A DNA stretch of 20,000 bases from assembly GCF_013004595.1 (NCBI RefSeq), contig NZ_JABEMC010000005.1, forward strand, positions 231,559 to 251,558. The letters are read 5' to 3'. The notes below the pieces were generated by a model that saw only the letters and a list, made by a program, of their open reading frames with translations, was not told where the DNA came from and ran no database searches. Below, one piece after another: positions 17,361 to 20,000 of this stretch. The position numbers were made by a program, and so were the translations under genes. The first letter of the stretch is position 1. Every line of letters begins with the position of its first letter. The DNA comes from Brevibacterium luteolum. GTDB taxonomy: Bacteria; Actinomycetota; Actinomycetes; Actinomycetales; Brevibacteriaceae.

Positions 17361-18414
17361 GTCAGCTCGAAGGGATGGTTCTGTGCACTATCGCGTGGTG
17401 GCTGGGTTCGTGTTCATGCTGGCCTCGGCGTTTTTCTTCGCCGTGTCCGGCCCGGTGGCCAAGGCCCTCTACGAGATCGGCTGGACGCCCGGCTCGGTGG
17501 TGCTGACCAGGCTGACCGGCGCAGCACTGATCCTCCTGATTCCCACCCTGATCGCCCTGCGAGGGCTCTGGGGCGAGGTGCGACGCAACTGGAAGCCGAT
17601 CGCTGTCTACGGCGTGGTCTCGATGGCCGGGGTGCAGGCGTTCTTCTTCCTCGCCGTTGAACACCTCAGCGTCGCCGTTGCCGTGCTGCTGGAAGTGATG
17701 GGTGCCCCGTTGATCGTGGTGTTCTGGCTGTGGGCACGCACGCGCCAGCGCCCCAGCGCGGTAACGGGCATCGGGGTCGTCATCTCGCTGATTGGTGTGG
17801 TGCTGGTGCTGGACTTCCAGAACTCGTCACTGAGCTGGTTCGGGGTCTTCATGGCCGTCGGTGCGGCAGCGTGCTTCGCGTTCTACTTCCTCATGGCCGC
17901 CAACCAGACCATCGAGATACCACCCATCGCATTCACCGGACTGGGTATGAGCGCGGGCGCGCTCGCCGCGCTCATCATCAATCTCAGTCAGGTCATGCCT
18001 GCCCAGTTTGCCAACGCCAGCGTAGACTTCGCGGGCACGCGCATGTCCTGGTTCATTCCCGCCCTCCTGCTGGTTGTGTTCACCGTCGGGGCGTACGTCT
18101 GCGGGTTCCTCGGCCTGCGCTACCTCGGAGCCACCGTGGGATCGTTCGTGAACCTCACCGAAGTGCCCGCCTCAGCCATTGCCGCATTCATCCTCCTCGG
18201 CGAACTCCTCACCCGGCAGCAATTCCTCGGCGGAGGCATCATCCTCGCCGGAATCGCACTCGTCAAATGGGGTGACCTGAAGGCACAGCCGCGACAAGAG
18301 CCGCCCAAAAGAGTGACACTCCAAGAGGGCGACGCGGACACCAGCACACGCGCCACGACCGCTCCACTCACGACGCTTCCGACCCCGTCCGACAAATACC
18401 TCAACGGCTCTTAG
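17359..18414 (+). CDS. EamA/DMT family transporter
   Basis: About 10 TM helices in two repeats; SGPVAKAL..GWTP, VQAFFFLAVEHLSVAVAVLLE, SFVNLTEV, LLGE motifs. Confidence 0.92.
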   Translation: MSARRDGSVHYRVVAGFVFMLASAFFFAVSGPVAKALYEIGWTPGSVVLTRLTGAALILLIPTLIALRGLWGEVRRNWKPIAVYGVVSMAGVQAFFFLAVEHLSVAVAVLLEVMGAPLIVVFWLWARTRQRPSAVTGIGVVISLIGVVLVLDFQNSSLSWFGVFMAVGAAACFAFYFLMAANQTIEIPPIAFTGLGMSAGALAALIINLSQVMPAQFANASVDFAGTRMSWFIPALLLVVFTVGAYVCGFLGLRYLGATVGSFVNLTEVPASAIAAFILLGELLTRQQFLGGGIILAGIALVKWGDLKAQPRQEPPKRVTLQEGDADTSTRATTAPLTTLPTPSDKYLNGS

Positions 18415-18681
18415 CCTCGATCCACCGCTATAAGGGGCTTCGTTGAGAATTCGGGCAAGGACTTTGCGCTGGCCCGGCGACAGATCAGCCACGTTCTTGC
18501 CTTCGCAGGCCAGCGCCCACCACACCGTGTTCTTCATCGCGCACGCGCCGCACGTCCGTGGCGAGACCACGCCGAACTCGCCCATACGCGGAGGGAAGTC
18601 CCAGCCTGCGCTATAGGCCTCATCCGGGGTCAGCACGGCGCTTGTGCTGCACACCTCGCACCAGTGCTCGAATGGGTCCAT
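18172..18681 (-). CDS. Small CxxC...CxxC putative zinc-binding protein; plausible core about 18435-18681, the rest looks like read-through
   Basis: HWCEVC...AGWDFPPRMG.FGVVSPRTCGAC...WWAL; TAACGT -10 box 6 nt before the ATG; the 3' half overlaps eamA antisense by 243 nt. Confidence 0.65.
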   Translation of the reverse strand: MDPFEHWCEVCSTSAVLTPDEAYSAGWDFPPRMGEFGVVSPRTCGACAMKNTVWWALACEGKNVADLSPGQRKVLARILNEAPYSGGSRLRAVEVFVGRGRKRREWSGRGACAGVRVALLECHSFGRLLSRLCLQVTPFDECDSGEDDASAEELLPGEEFAEEDECGNG

Positions 18682-18722
18682 ACGGCCACGTTATCGCCAC
18701 AGGGGGCACTCTGCTGTTCCGG

Positions 18723-19553
18723 TTAGGGCTCCGACCCCGAGGCATAGACGCCGTGGAAGAACACTTCCCGATGGATAGCCAGCGCCTCATCCATGCTCAT
18801 GCACGCCAGGCCCGCGGGTTCGTCACTGAGACTCATCGCGTGCGCCTTGGCCCAGGCACGCCGCTGCTCCTGGAAGAACTTCCGCCGCAGCACAGTCCAC
18901 CCCTTCGACCGCGAGACCGCATGAGAACCGGCACCCATCGACCGATGCCGCCGATGACCACAATCTCGCCCATGACACTCCCGCGTGCACGCCATCTCAT
19001 CCCGCGCAGCACGGGTGAGAGTATCCGCATGGGCTACAGCCTCCGGCGACCGGTTCGATACCGCCTCAGCGGCCAGGTCTTTCGCCACGTAACCGAGCAC
19101 CTTGCCGAGATAGCTGATCGCCCGGCGGGCCTGGTCCGGCTCAATCCCCAGAATCCGAGCGTCAACCTGGCGTCCCCACCGGACTACCGAATCATCCACC
19201 GCGCTAGAGGCCACCACCCCGGCACACGTATCTTCCAGCAGCGACACCAACGACGACCGCGACACAGACAGGTGCTCAATCCGCAGCAGCACATGGAAGT
19301 GCAGGACACCCCTCACCTGCCACTCACGGACAGCGCCATAGTCGAACCGATCAGGCAACGCACGGCGCAGCGCAATCTGCGTATACCGCCACAACTCGCT
19401 CACATCACGGTTGAACCTGACCTGCCCGGCATAGTCGTAGGCCTTGGCATCGACCGGCACCCCACGCAGCACCCGCTCACTCTCGCTATGCCGACGCCCG
19501 CACGCGCACCGCTTCGCCGCCTGGCCTGGCTTCGGTACACGATGAACCTTCCC
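18723..19553 (-). pseudogene. RepSA-family (pSAM2/AICE) HUH rolling-circle replication initiator, 3' part; interrupted by IS3
   Basis: GKVH, CACGRRH, G.PVD..AYDY.GQV.FN, EWQVRGVLHFHVLLR (HUH), WGRQVD, YVAK; the junction at 19553/19554 coincides with an IS end. Confidence 0.85.
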
Positions 19554-19871
19554 TGAACCGTCCTGGGTTTCGTTCCTAGATGGTTGGTAAAGACAGTTCA
19601 TCGTTGGTGAGGCTTTCGGCGTATTGGGCTTCGACTTCTGCTGGTGTCTTGTAGCCCAGTGCTTCGTGCAGCCGGGTGGTGTTCCACCAGTGGACCCAGT
19701 TCATGGTCGCGAACTCGACATCGGTCAGGCTGTTCCAGGCCGGCTGGGAGTAGATCAACTCGGCCTTGTACAGGCCGTTGACGGTTTCGGCGAGGGCATT
19801 GTCGTAGCTATCGCCGACTGTTCCGACTGATGGGGTGATTCCTGCGGTGATGAGGCGTTCAGTGTAGGCAA
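19554..19871 (-). mobile_element. IS3-family element A (IS51/IS6110-like): right end and 3' part of orfB
   Basis: Terminal TGAACCGTCCTGGG at 19554; the transposase stop lies at 19576, just inside the end. Confidence 0.88.
19576..19871 (-). pseudogene. IS3 DDE transposase C-terminal fragment
   Basis: AYTERL...SVGTVGDSYDNALAETVNGLYKAELI...WVHWWNTTRLHEALGYKTP; the expected upstream HSDxGSQY motif is missing. Confidence 0.9.
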
Positions 19872-20000
19872 TGGGGACTGCTGAAGGTTTGGTTGACTTC
19901 ACGACTGGACAGATTCCAGGAAGGATAGAAGTCATGCCCAAGATCTACACAGATGAGTTCAAGCAATCAGCGCTCGATCTCGTCAATGACGGAATGACCC
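19872..20000 (+). mobile_element. IS3-family element B, left end, nested in element A in the opposite orientation
   Basis: TG-starting end TGGGGACTGCTGAAGG at about 19872, exactly where transposase A similarity stops; orfA follows. Confidence 0.8.
19934..20000 (+). CDS. IS3 OrfA (HTH) N-terminus, runs off the window
   Basis: AGGAAGGA RBS; translates MPKIYTDEFKQSALDLVNDGMT, with the YTxEFK start typical of OrfA; absent from the ORF track. Confidence 0.85.
   Translation, partial: MPKIYTDEFKQSALDLVNDGMT

Larger units (their letters stand above)
15434..20000. mobile_element. Degraded AICE/pSAM2-like integrative element at tRNA-Phe, continuing beyond the window
   Basis: Tyrosine integrase converging on the tRNA 3' end, co-oriented RepSA-like initiator, relaxed codon bias, nested IS elements; second att site not in window. 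Confidence 0.8.

Noticed and set aside
18415..18722. Matching second IS21 end that would define a complete cargo transposon
   Set aside because: No GGGGTCAAAATTCAGCCGTCG...ACA-like sequence was found by eye in the rest of the window
19554..19601. N-terminus MNCLYQPSRNETQDGS of ORF 18723..19601 as a real rep start
   Set aside because: It is encoded by the IS3-A right end; the native N-terminus is displaced
19872..19941. N-terminus of ORF 19576..19941 as an intact short transposase
   Set aside because: These residues come from the antisense strand of the IS3-B left end; the first two DDE aspartates are missing

Overview
High-GC actinobacterial chromosome (gene content and style suggest Micrococcales, possibly Brevibacterium-like; inference only). 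1-15.4 kb is mostly core/metabolic DNA: a polar amino acid ABC operon with two paralogous binding lipoproteins, a SAM methyltransferase bracketed by two related AT-rich palindromes, a DUF819-type membrane protein, and an MFS + ThDP enzyme + YtcJ-type amidohydrolase cluster. That cluster is split by an opposite-strand AAA_14/DUF4143 ATPase-nuclease gene preceded by two hairpins and four 23-bp repeats. Next come yigZ, ybaK, a zincin and a tRNA-Glu/Asp/Phe cluster. From tRNA-Phe to the window end lies a degraded integrative element of AICE/pSAM2 type: tyrosine integrase, an orphan IS21 right end whose istB tail appears fused onto a CGNR regulator, an EamA transporter, a small 4-Cys protein, and a RepSA-type HUH initiator interrupted by an IS3 element that is itself interrupted by a second IS3 element. 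All family calls come from motif recognition by eye; no searches were run.
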